Of a stretch of 51,019 nt of DNA, positions 38,005-50,130 are shown one piece after another; the stretch's first letter is position 1; every line of letters starts with the position of its first letter. This DNA comes from Octopus bimaculoides (taxonomy: Eukaryota): positions 129,300,330 to 129,351,348 of the forward strand of contig NC_068981.1 in assembly GCF_001194135.2 (NCBI RefSeq), in the 5' to 3' direction. The notes beneath the pieces are model-generated. The model was not told the origin of the DNA and searched no databases. It worked only from the letters and a program-made list of their open reading frames with translations. The translations under genes were made by a program, and so were the position numbers.

Positions 38005-41000
38005 ATGGCGTCTAAATCTGATGTCGTGACTAGTGTAGGCATGTCGGATAACGAATACACTGAATATATTCTGAAGAAGACGCAAGCTGTTAAAGAATTG
38101 TATCAAAATAATCCGTCAGGAAAAAGAAAATCTGGTAAATTCTGGAAGAATACTCGTTCTAGGTAATATGTTAGTGTTTTTGTCAACACGCTACAGACAC
38201 GTGTTTACTGGAATTCTCTTAAATATTGATTTTTTTATGTGGTTTATATTATTTTCTAGTCATAAATTTTGTCTTTATAATATGATAGGGAAGATAATTA
38301 ATGGTAATCTTTCGTTTTACGTATCAAGAAAGTGATTGTAATATAAGAACAATATTGATAATTGCTATTCGCCAAGTTTATTAACTGGTGTTTATCTCCC
38401 GGATCGGTTCTAACCATGACCACCCAATCTTTTTCATACGTAGGACTACATCTAATGAAATCTCCTTTTCTAAGTCGATAGTGTGTAATTTGCTATTCCT
38501 GGCAAATCGAGCGACCGCGTTGAAATATTAATTCTTCAAGAAAACTGATTTTTGTCTTCGTAGCTTTATCAAGCTCTGTTCTCTTTTAATTATATTATTT
38601 GATAATTTAAGTGCTGTAGACGGTACTATTTTAAGGCATAGACACACCGAGCCGTTGTCCAAGGGTCTCGCGGCTTTTGGGACCCAGTGCATTGATTTGT
38701 TCGGGAGCGCTAGATATAAGGCTTCTGGTTAAGAAAATTACTCATTTAAAAAAAAATCTTAGTTGTAACAGTCATCCTTTACACTACACACCACACACTG
38801 AAACCCATGAAAAAATACGTTTCAAGCACGAACGTCATTAAATTTTCCAGACATACAATAATACCAAGTTACCCAACATATGTATGTATATCCAATAACG
38901 CTTTTAAAGTATAAAATATACAGCAATCAGTCGTAGACATTGACAAATGTGAGACCAAAAACGATTGATTGCCAAAATGGAGACCAAAAACGATTGCCAA
39001 AATATACAATAAACAAAAATAATAGTATATGATCCAGCATAGTAATAACGAAATAAATCTTGTTTGTTTTAGTGATTTCCAGTTTGTATTGGCTTGCGAA
39101 TATTCGATAGCGGATCTATTTCAAAACGGGGGCACCAGTTTTCATTTATGTTTTATGTAGTGTTTTTGGTACCGAAAGACTTTCAAACTTCGTATACTTA
39201 TCTATTTTGTGTTATAGAACAGAAAAAAAATTTTGTATTCGAATTTATTTCATGTAAAAAATTGTCTTATTTCGATAATTTCTACTAATCACTGACGTCT
39301 ATTCAGTTGAAAACAGTTAGCGCTGTAACGGTGTATATCGTATTAATCCCCTAACCCTAACTCTAGAATCCGAACTCTAAAATTGTTACACACATAGATA
39401 TGCACAGCGTAATTTATTATATAAACACTATATGCGTATAAATTACGATTAAACCGGATGAAATATGTCACAGGGAATAACATTTTTATGACCGCCTAGC
39501 AGTAACTCTATTCAGCTAAATAGACGTCAGTGATTGGTTGAAATTACAGAAATACGACAACTTTAACATGGAATAACTTGCGATGTACGTTTTTCTGTTA
39601 AGAAGACTAAGAGTAAAAGATGTTTTATATGACACATTCTACCAGTGTCCCAAGTTTCAAAGTGTTTCGTTAAGAAAATACTGGTGCCCCCGTTTTGAAA
39701 TAGATCCTCTATGGCTCTTATAAATAATAATAATGATTTCTTTATTAACCACAAGCGATGACAAACAACCCTAACCCACAAAAGAGAGTGGGAGACCTTC
39801 AAAGGCTACTCAGGGAAACCTTACAAAAACACAGCCACTCTGACCCCTAAGGAAAGTGCTTTCTCTCAGTTGTCCATCCTCAATATACAGGTACATGTTC
39901 AGAGCAGACTCATTTACTCAGACCAAACTCACCACTTTCATCTCCATCTTTCAACAAATTTCGTGGGAGACAGTACCTCCCTCTCTACCCTTATTTGCTT
40001 TTCAAGTGAAACATGAAAAAGTCAATAAGGGCTTGTCCAAAGAAGTCTGTCTTCATATTTTTCAATCTCATCTACCATACAATCTCTTTTGCAAAGCTAC
40101 CAGGTAGATTAAAAAATGCCTGCCCTCCTTGATGAAAGGAAGGTGAGTGGAGGCACATGGCTTAGTGCTTAGAGTCTTGGACTCATGATTGTAAGATTGT
40201 GGTTTCAATTCCTGGACTGGGCAATGCATTGTGTTCTTGAACAAAACACTTCATTTCGTGTTGCTCCAGTCCACTCAGCTAGCAAATATAAGTAATCCTG
40301 TGATGGACCAGCGTCCTGTCCAGGAGGGGAATTTATACGCTGTGAAACAGGGAAACCAGCCCTTGTGAGTCAGCATGACTCAAGAAGGTAACTTTACCTT
40401 TACTTAAAGGAAGGTGATGGAACAATTTTCTCAATGGTCTCAGTTGGTAACCTGGAATGGGGAGTTTTGTTCTGCATTGCAAAATTTTTCTTGGAGACCA
40501 TGTATTAGCAAAGTCATAATAGTCTGATAAGAATGAAGATAAATGCCCCCAAAATTATTTAATCTTGCTTTTAAGTTACGTTAAAATAAAAGATATATCA
40601 TGGGGGTGGGGGTTAACCTGTTGAGCCTACAAGGAGCCTCTTTATTGACATTTGATTTGCTTGAAATAGCACCTAATTTCTTCCTCAAATTACACATTAC
40701 TTTAGCAAAAAACAGACAAAGTAGTCATAAATGTACTATGTTTGGAAATATATAGGATGGTCACAAGAGAATGTCTTTAGTCGTAGATTCATAGACTTGC
40801 TTAATCAGGGCTGATCTGGAACTAAGCAACAGGTAAAGCTGAGTCCGTCAAGTAATGGTTTTATGTAATTTGGAAGCTGATTTTTGATTTCTAATGTGTT
40901 CAATTCATGAACACTAGAGATATCTAAAGAAGTATATACCTTTGGTGGAGTTTTGGTTCTTGTTATTAGAATATTGAGTTGTTTCAATAAATTCCTCACT

Positions 41001-44000
41001 ACTGCAGGTTCTTATGAAAGAAATTCTAACAATTTTTTTTTCCTTTTTTTCATCTTTTGATTTCATTAAGATAATTCTCTTTATTGTTTTTTACCTTATT
41101 AATTTGTAACAGGTTTTCATCTTTAAAAAAAGATAAATGTATGAGTTCAACATGGGCTGAGAAAACTAAAAAAAGACTGGAAATGAAGGCTGTAAAGGAT
41201 TTTGAGAAAGAACTTAAAGAACGAAAGGCAGCAGAACTTAAGGTAAATATATTTTTTAATGAGTAAATTAGGATTTGATATATTTGAAGTGATAGATATG
41301 AAAAAGAAATACTGTAATCATTAATAATTACTGACATTAACCCGTTAGCATTTAAACCGGCCATATCTGACCAAAATAGTTTACCTTTTTTATGTTCAGA
41401 CTGGCCAACTCCAGTCTCTCACACCTACCCTACAATGTCATTTCAAAGATAAACAATCATATCATCAAAATCTTGAAACTACAAGATAATGCATGATTAA
41501 TTCGAAGCAATGTGAATAAATAAGCATTACTTTTAACAGAATAATGTGAATGCTAAAGGGTTAAACAGTCGTCTTATAATTAATGGCGATCTTCATACAA
41601 TTGGAGTCAACATTTCAAATCCATAACATTTTTCAATTAATTTAACAATTTGAACAAGCACCATATGAGATCATGATTTCAGTTATTTTATGGTTTGAGG
41701 GTGTATTCCCATATTGGTTTGATAAATTTTTCACTTGCAATCTTTCAAGAAACCAATTAGATCCTGTAACTTAATGTATATAGTTTAAATATCCTGCTTT
41801 AAGTTACATTTTCATATCTAAAACATTGCTACTACTGATCTTTCATCCATTATCAATTTAACCAAAAAAGTATGAGTAAACTTGAACAGAGTTGTGTGAA
41901 ATTCACTCAAAAACAACGTACTTTGTTCACTCATAAACAACATAAGTACATTTCTTAACTCACTATGATTCTTAGATTACACAATGACTAGTATATGGTG
42001 ACCACATATTTAGGCAAACCATTACTTACTAACATACTTCAAACACTAATTTGCTGGTGTATTGTATTCTTGCTCTATAACTGTACTAGTTTTAAGCTAG
42101 CTAACTGAATTTCAACTACCAAAGTTTGTAGTTGGTTCAGTATTTTCTTGATTTCAAAACCTTAGTAATTCCTTTCCTGTCAATGGTTTTCTTCTGGATA
42201 TTAACCTGTCAGTTAAACGGAAATTGGCATTTAAAACAGAAGCAAATCTAGTAATATTAAACATTATAATTTATGCTTAATATACAAATAAACTTTATAG
42301 GTTAAACATTTTTTTAATATTCATTTATAATTTCTTCAAAGTAATATGACTTTTTTTTAATAACAGGAAAAAAATAAACTGGACAAAATCCCGCACTTCA
42401 ATCATTATAATATAGATTTATTGGGAGCATCTGTAAATGCTAAATGCAATACTTCTTGGTCTGATTAAAAAGAATTTCTTATAGTGGAAGGAATGTACTG
42501 CACTGGATTTGTTTCCTTGAAATATCTAATTCCTATATTTTGATGATGCTAAATGAAATTAAGTTGTCAAAGCACTTTTGCAAAATATGTTTTAGCTTTC
42601 AAGTCAGCTCTTGAGAATGTACTAACTTTGGTGGAGCCCATCATTTTCTCAAGCATTATTGATAACACACAAATTTGGCTGTTATATCTAGCATGTTGAA
42701 TGGCCACATAGAAGAGACCTCCATCTTGCCTCATACTTTGAAAATATTCATTTATGAAGGATGTAGGCTAAGCAGGAGGTGTTTGAACAAAACCTATATG
42801 CAGATGATCAGGATTAATCTTGGGTGGGAGTGAATATGATTGAAAAGGACAGCGATTAATGTCAGGAACACACTTTCACAACAATAAATCTTTCCCTTCC
42901 ATTATACTTTAAATTCTCGATACTATACCCAAAGTCACTATGCTCTCTCTCTCTCTATTCTCTTTCTCAATCATGGAGGCTCTTTAGTCTTGTGAGTTAC
43001 AAAGTAACCTCGGGCTAAGTGGTTGGTGAATTAAGGTTAAAAGGACTTTTAGTCTTGCCAGGGGCAAGGCTACTTCTATAGTTCTACTGCCACAAAAATG
43101 CATCCAGTATCTTCCATAAAGCAGTTAGTTTTAAGATAGGCAACCAGCCACACAAATCATGCCAAAACTGAAACCTGCTGTGATCATCTGACTCTTGGAT
43201 CCTAGTAACTATCCAATCCATGTCAGCATGAGAAGTGAATGTGAAATGATGATGAGTGTAGTTGATCAAGTTAGGTCAGTATACCAATCCCAGGCTATTT
43301 TCTTGTCATGTCTCAATACAGTAGTTTGGTCATCAATTTACACTGAGATTCATTGTATATATTGACTGTTGGATTGCCAAAGAATATGGATGTAAGGACA
43401 GGAGGTCTGATTCCTGAAGCTTTTTCTATTTTGTCCTTGGTTAGTGATTATCAATTTCAGGTAGAAAATTAAGAAGTAAATTACAACTAGGAAATAGACT
43501 GTAGGGAAGTTGAGCTCCTTTTGTTTAGGACAAAATGATGCTTACTTATATAGATATTGAATGCCTACTTAGATAGAAAGGAGAGGACAAAGAACATCTG
43601 GATGCCTCTGAGAGATAACCTCCTGAGAGCTACTGGCTATAGACTAGCTAGAGCACTGTCCTAGCCAGGCTATAATTGATGTGAATGCATAATAGTGCAG
43701 TAGATGGGGTTAGAAGAGCTAAAGAACAGTGTTGAAAGTAGAGGAAGAAAGGGAAGTAAAGAATGATATCAAGTAAATGTTAGCTACATCTGTCCATGGA
43801 AAAAACCAAAAATTGATTTGCTAATAATCTGTGCCTCAAGGAGGAACAGTGTGAAACATTCTTCTAAATTGCAAAGCTGTTTATAAAACTCACGATATGT
43901 ATCTTTGGGGAGAATTCTCTGCAATAACACTGGTGTACTTGCTCTCGATGGTAGGGAAAAGAAAGTGACATGAAAGTGAAGGTGGATAATAAAATAGTTG

Positions 44001-44677
44001 TTCAAGTCATGTACGAAGACATTGTAGCTAAATCAGTGAAGAATTTAGTGTAGAGGTAGTTAACATTGATATGGACAATATTTGCTTCAGATGCACATAC
44101 CATATGTGACATCAGTGGAAGATGCACTTGCTAGAGCAAAATATTAGAAGAGTTGAGCTCAGAACTTAAAATGTTGGGCATCTTAGAAAACTGAGACAAG
44201 TAGTGAGTTGCCGTTCATACTAATCCATTCCATGCTATCATTGGAAAATGCATTAAAATGCTGGTACTGATTATGCAGATTGCTCCCCTTTTCAGCAACA
44301 CAATTATGAGTAGCATTGTTTTCAGTTAGACAGTGTGAGATTAGACCAGCATATGGTGTTCAATATTCCAGTGACTCTAACACACATTGGCTATCAATTA
44401 ATGATTTTATACATCTACAGAGTTGTTGACAGTTATTTTCCATTAAAAAAAAATTCAATAACTTAATTATGTTTTTTTAAAGAAATCTGTAGTTTGTTTA
44501 CCAGTGGCTTCCCTTCAAATATTTTTAATTTCAGAATAATAAAATTATAGCAAAACAGAAGAGACTGAGAAAACTTGAAAATGAAAGAAAAGCAGAAGTT
44601 GTTCAACCAGTAAGCACCAGTTCCTTGAAATTTTATTTTATGCATGTTTGCATGTATGCAAGTAAACATTCACACAT

Positions 44678-44708
<31 letters not shown>

Positions 44709-47700
44709 GGTATATTTGCAACTATGTGGTATCAGGCTAGCTAATACCCTGTGAATGAATTTGATAGACGGAAACTGCAGGAAGCCTGTCATATATGTAT
44801 GTGTATGTTTGCAAATGTGCATGAATTTGTACAAAATTTACATTGGACGGATAGGTGTCCTCACCTTGTTTGTTGTTAATATGTTTCAGCTGATATACTC
44901 TCCAGCCTTCATCAGGTATCCTGGTGGAATTTTGAACCTAATCCTTTCTTTGACTAATGGGGTACTCTGTTCTAATTCCTAAGATATTTTTTGCTGATGT
45001 TATTATTTATTCAAGTCACTGATTGGGATTGAACCCAGAATCTTGGGGTTAGTAGCCCACACTCTTAAGCACTACACTATATGCCCGTGGGCAATTAGAG
45101 TGAATTTTTGGACTATAAACCTATTAGTTTTGTATCTTTCCTTAATACTGGTTTCCATATTCTACTCATATCTGCACTGGGTCCGCTTAGGAGGTTATTG
45201 TGTCCTAGCATATGTGTTGCCTCTTTTAGTTTTCGTATTTTCCAGTGGTGTTCTCTGTCTATTATTTTAACTTCATCCCGTGGGGGGAGATGGTCTCCAT
45301 TTTTCCATACATGATCAGCTATACCCGATTTTTCAATATCCCCTCGTATCACAGCTTTATGATGTTCCTCTACCCTTATTTTGAGGGGGTGGCATGTTTT
45401 GCCTTTGTATAATCTACCACAACTGCATGGGCTGGAGTATACACAGTCTTTGGTCATATTGTCTTCTATTGGTGGTTTTACTTGGAGGAGATATTTGCGA
45501 AGTGTTTATTACTCTTGAACACTGTCCTGGTGTCGTATGGACCGCATTTCTTTTGTATCTTTTCCAAGAGGCCTTTCACATAGGATAGCCAGACTGTAGT
45601 CAGTTTATGGGTTTTATCTTCTCTCTTCCTAAATGGAGTGGATAGTATGTGTTTTGGGTAGTTGTTGCTTAATAGATTGTTACTTAGTTTGATCATTTCT
45701 TTGTGGTGTGTATATGAGGATCTTTGCTCAATGTTTTAGGCACTGAGCAATCCCTCTCTTTATACTGGATGGATGGTGGGAATTGAAGTTGAGGTATCGT
45801 CCAGTGAAGGTTGTCTTGCAGTATATGGATGTCCTGAACCCATACTCAGTGTGTGTTATTAATACATCCATGAATTCTAGCTGATTGTCTTTTTCCTTTT
45901 CCATTGTGAACTGTATGGGTGGCTTTAATGAGTTCACATGATCTAGCAGTACTTGGACATCTTCCTGGTGGGGCCAGAGTATAAAGGTGTCATCAACATA
46001 TTGAAACCATAGGGTTGGCTTTAGTGGTGTTGATTCTAAAGCCAAATTCTCAAAGTATTCCATGTATATATTGGTGATAATGGTGAACCCATAGCTAAAC
46101 CCACTTCCTGTCTATATATATCTATGTCTATTCTGAAGTAGATAGTTTCTACACAGAAGGTCAACATTTCCATCAAGTTTCCTATTGGTATATTCTAGTG
46201 TATTCTTTTAAAGAGGTGTCCATCACTGGTTTTTCTTGAATCACTGATAGTGCTTCATCAGTTGGGACTTTGGTGAATAGACTTATATCTAGACTCACCA
46301 TTTGTTGGATCCAATGGGGGTATCATTGATCAATTCTGTGAAGTGGGTGGAATTCTTTACATACAATGTTGACTTACCTGCTAATGAACTGATTATATCC
46401 ACAAGGAAATGCCTCATTGAATGACATGCCAAACCTCTACAACACGTAAGGTGAGGACATCTATCCATCCAATGTAAATATTGTACATAATTCCTCATCT
46501 CTAAAATATAGAACTTCATGAATTTGATATTCCATTTCATCACTGCTTGAGTAAAAAAATTGATGATGATCACATTCATTGTTGACATTACAATTGATTG
46601 CTCTGCACTTTCAAAGACCGCTGGAAAAAGACAAAAAAATCCCTTGCTTGAAAAAGAAGTAAAGGTTAGCAACAGGAAAAGCATCTAGTTTTAAATTTTG
46701 CCTCCAAAATACCCACCTCCCAAGCCATACTAGCATGGAAAAACAAAACGTTAGACAAACAGTACTGTTTTTATGAGTACACCTGTGGGGTATTATCACA
46801 TCATTGTCAGTTTTGTGCTTACTTTTTCATGCTGATATAAGATGGACAGACAAACCTGGTTTAACTCAGTTCATATTCCAAGTCTCTACTTTCATAGATT
46901 GGGAAGCACATGAAATTTCAATGGCTGAAACAACAACAATCAGTCCTGAGTTCTAAGATCCATGATCCACATTACAGTAGATACCTATACAAGGAAGCTT
47001 TTTAGTGGCACTGGAGTTGTACATTTCCCTATATTATAATCTTTCTGGAAAAGGACATAGAACCAGTGGCAGGTGTTAATTCAAGATGACTGGTACCTTT
47101 TTCCAGCTGGAAATCCAATCTGTCAGAAACAACCTTAAAGCTGGCTGCTTTAGGGTTCGTCATTCAGAGTATACTCCAACTTTCTGTCCTACACTCATCC
47201 ACAAAGCAGTAAAACAATGGTTGTCCCTCCCTCCTGTTTTTCTGCTTCATTTGTTAAGGTGAGGACTTATGTATCCCATCTCCTAAACATATGTATTTAT
47301 CATCATCACCATCATCAATCATATTAATATGCTAACTTTTTGTTTTTGTACGTACCTGTTGTGTGCGTCACACTTCAAAGAAGTGGCAAAGTGAGAGAGA
47401 CAGTGAGTGGTGACGGCGTTCGTTTTGTGTTTTTAATGTTTATCACATTGCAAGAGAAGTAGATACATATACACATTGTTAAATCAAAAGCAGGGGAGAA
47501 GAGGGACACAACGGAAGTGAGAGAGACAGCAGATACATAAATTCAAAGGAAAGTTCATACATAGATACATATACACAGCAAACATTGAATGTTAGTTTCA
47601 CTTTTCATTACCACACGATGATAAAATTAACTCACAAATGGCTGAGTACTCCACAAACATGCATAACATTAACGTAGTTCTCCGGGAGATTCAACCTCAC

Positions 47701-49291
47701 ACAGGATATGACAAGGCTGGCCCCTTTGAATTACTGCTACAACTCGAGACATATATATGAATGTATTTGTGTGTGTATGTATAGTTTAGATTATTTAAAA
47801 CATGCTTGCAATAATAAGTGTCGTGTGGTGGAAATAAACGCAATTACCAAACTTTCATTCATAAATCCATTTATTATTTCGTTCTTTTGCATTTCAATTT
47901 GTACATTAAGGTTCTTTGAATATGTACGATGTATTTTAAGGTTAAATAGTAATTCCGTTTACGTTTGTGTAACAGATATTTTGGTTGGATTATATAGTCG
48001 TTGGTGTTACATCAATTTCTATATTCTGTAACTGTCACAATATACTTTTCTAGGCCTGAATTTTTTGTGGGGAGCGGGGCCAGTTGATTAGATCAACCCT
48101 AGTACACAACTAATACTTAATTTTTCGACTCCGAAAGGACGAAAGGCAAAGTTGATCTCTGCAGAATTTGAACTCAGAACGTAAAGACAGACGGTCATAA
48201 TATGCAAACATTTCTCATGACACCAGTATACTGTTTACAGATGCTTACATTTTTTATGTTTTCCGTGAATTGTTCACGGGTCCAGCTAGTCCTGTATTAT
48301 TACTGGCAATTATTCAGAAATTTTTATAAAATTCCAGCATTTTGGAAGTGTTGCTCCACAAAGGATGTTTATTAAAACAAATATCTTAAAAGTTTGCTTT
48401 GGTACAAGATGTCTTTCAGGCGTACGGGGTTGCGAGGGGAAATAACTCATAGTGCTTAAAAGAATTAAGAAAGCTATTGAGCTGTGAAGAAGTGTACCAA
48501 ACAATTAGAATTTTTAAATTAAAGAAGACTTGCTAACCAGTAAGGAAAAGTGTATAGATGTAAAGAAATTATTACTCCTAACATCACTAGCAATGAATGA
48601 TTATTATTTTATTAAGGCAGAAGGCATTCAGCACAGTATATTATCATCATCATCATTTAACGTCCTTTGTCCATGCTGGCATGGGTTGGACAGTTTGATC
48701 AGGGTTGGCAAGCTAGAAGGCTGCACCAGACTCCAATCTGATTTGGCATGGTTTCTATGGATGCCCTTCCTAATGCCAACCACTCCGAGAGTGTAATAGG
48801 TTCTTTTACGTGCCATTAGCATGGGTGCCATTTGTGTGACACCAGTATTTGTCATGAATGTGGTAGGTTTCCTTCTCAAGCACAACGTAATGCCAAAGGT
48901 CTCAGTCATTGCCTCTGTGAGGCCTAGCACTTGAAAGGAGCTTTTCACATGCCACCGGTATCAGCCACTTTGCCTTCATGAGGCCCAGTTACATGACACT
49001 TTGCCTTCATGAGGCCCAGTTACATGACACCAGCATCAGCCATGACTACAATTTCACTTGGCTTTGTGGGTTTTCTCAAGCACACCATATTGCCAAAGGT
49101 CTTGGTCACTAGCCGTTGCCTCTGTGAGGCCCAGAGTTTGAAGATCATGCTTTGTCATAAAGCAATTAGTTTGCCTTCAGTTGTTCGTTATTAAAGTATT
49201 TTGTTTTATTTTGTTGCAGATAAAGAATTTGAAGAAACTTAAGAATATGAAAAAGAAACTTTTACGCAAAAGTAATATTCAAATAAGATGA
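38005..49291 (+). CDS. CCDC86: Coiled-coil domain-containing protein 86 (Cgr1 family, nucleolar/rRNA processing), 144 aa. Exons: 38005-38162, 41113-41242, 44535-44609, 49220-49291
   Basis: In-frame GT-AG joins give MASKSDVV...NPSGKRKSGKFWKNTRS-RFSSLKKDKCMSSTWAEKTKKRLEMKAVKDFEKELKERKAAELK-NNKIIAKQKRLRKLENERKAEVVQP-IKNLKKLKNMKKKLLRKSNIQIR*. This contains the Cgr1 signatures GKxKSGxxWK and ENERKAEVVQ. AATAAA lies at 49333-49338. Confidence 0.9.
39108..39711. mobile_element. Non-autonomous TIR DNA element with long modular inverted arms (CCDC86 intron 1)
   Basis: Perfect 28-bp TIR ggatctatttcaaaacgggggcaccagt (39112-39139 / 39680-39707), plus inner inverted blocks (aatcactgacgtctatt, ttgtc.tatttc..taatttc). 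No convincing TSD, so the superfamily is not assigned. Confidence 0.8.
40149..40403 (+). mobile_element. tRNA-derived SINE (head type B + tail type X)
   Basis: ggaggcacatggcttagtgcttag...ggtttcaattcc...ttgaacaaaacacttcatttcgtgttgctccagtccactcagctagc followed by tgtgatggaccagcgtcctgtccag. Confidence 0.85.
41341..41560. mobile_element. piggyBac-type MITE with TTAA target duplication
   Basis: TTAA-cccgttagcatt ... aatgctaaaggg-TTAA; 11 of 12 TIR bases match. Confidence 0.8.
43800..44200 (+). mobile_element. Possible heavily decayed RTE ORF fragment
   Basis: Broken translation FF*IAK...NNTGVLALDGREKKVT*K loosely parallels the RTE segment at 1-412 (VFLVAR...DDGMLALNEAAKKEVWR). Confidence 0.35.
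44884..44915 (-). ncRNA. Hammerhead ribozyme core in the PLE terminal repeat (probably degenerate)
   Basis: The minus strand reads CTGATGA-A-GGCTG-gagagtatat-CAGCT-GAAA-C: both conserved core boxes around a 5-bp stem II. The stem III / cleavage-site region (CATATT) looks mutated. Confidence 0.65.
45015..45086 (-). promoter_or_regulatory. tRNA-like module (Pol III A and B boxes) inside the PLE 3' UTR
   Basis: 72 nt GGGCATA-TAGTGTAGTGC (A box, 45079-45069)-TTAAGAGTGTGGG-CTACTAA-CCCCAAGATTCTG-GGTTCAATCCC (B box, 45035-45025)-AATCAGTGAC, starting 26 nt after the GIY-YIG stop codon. Confidence 0.7.
48640..48960 (-). mobile_element. RTE LINE 3' end; followed by a 31-bp tandem duplication at 48966-49027
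   Basis: The minus strand gives FQVLGLTEAMT.. (RTE C-terminus), a 3' UTR and atgatgatgatg. Confidence 0.85.
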
Positions 49292-49598
49292 TTTGCTACA
49301 CACCTCTGATATTGTATTATGTCTTTTGTATAAATAAATGTATAAAAATACTTTTACTATTAAGTACTTTTGGTTTTTGGGTTATTTCTTTTAATTTTTT
49401 AAAATTTGCAATTAGTGATTGGACATTTGAGATGAAAGTGAAGATAACTGTAATGAGTGTGTGATTAGTGCACACATGCATCTGCCCACAGCCTCCTACC
49501 TCATAGCTATCCATCACAACAACTAAGTCATTTTTTAGATATGCTCCTAAAACCTTTGTGCTCATTAATACCCATTACCCAGTTATGTATGGGATGGC

Positions 49599-50130
49599 AT
49601 GGATTTCATCCAACACATCCCTCCCACTGTCACAGAAGGTACTATGCTCACAAGTTTTGATGTCACCAATCTCTATACTAATATACCTCACACTTTAGGC
49701 CTAGAAGCAATCAAATACTGGGTAGAGAAACATAGAGTATGGATAAATGAACGCTTCAAGACTGACTTCATCACCAAGGTCACACACCTAATACTAGAGA
49801 AAGATACCTTTAGATTCGACAATAAAACATATCGACAGATAAAGTGCATGGCTATGGGTACGCAGTTTGTGCCCTCATATGCAAACTTAGTTATGCGATA
49901 CTTGGAAGAAAAACTTTATGAGAAAGTAGAAAAAAAAGCTTTTGATCAGGAATACCAGAAATATATCATTAAACAGTGGAAACACTTCCTTGATGATTGC
50001 TTCATCTTCTGGGACAAATTGAATGAAGATATGAATATATTTAACAATATACTGAACAAACTTCACTCATCCATCAAATTCACGACATAATCCAGTTGCA
50101 ATGAACTACCATTCCTGGATATCCACATAA
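49599..50130 (+). mobile_element. RT fragment of a second, different Penelope-like family
   Basis: LTSFDVTNLYTNIP, YRQIKCMAMGTQFVPSYANLVM, WKHFLDDCFIFW, LHSSIKFT*, NELPFLDI are PLE RT motifs 3-7 with an in-frame stop. Confidence 0.9.

Larger units (their letters stand above)
44823..46516 (-). mobile_element. Penelope-like element (RT + GIY-YIG), 5'-truncated and decayed, with 3' terminal repeat and an inverted tail at the 5' junction
   Basis: ORF pieces: VSLDISLFTKVPTDEAL, GLAMGSPLSP, WFQYVDDTFILW, IQFTMEKEKDNQLEFMDV, LNFNSHHP, and GIY-YIG CVYSSPCSCGRLYKGKTCHPLKIRVEEH...RKLKEATH (stop at 45113). The tail at 44823-44875 is repeated in the opposite orientation at 46440-46516. Confidence 0.92.

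Noticed and set aside
39349-39360. Interstitial telomere
   Set aside because: Only two CCCTAA units are present, inside a TIR element; the run is noted under that element instead.
46240-46262. Minus-strand CTGATGA with a short hairpin inside the PLE
   Set aside because: It is coding sequence (PTDEAL) and has no correctly placed GAAA.
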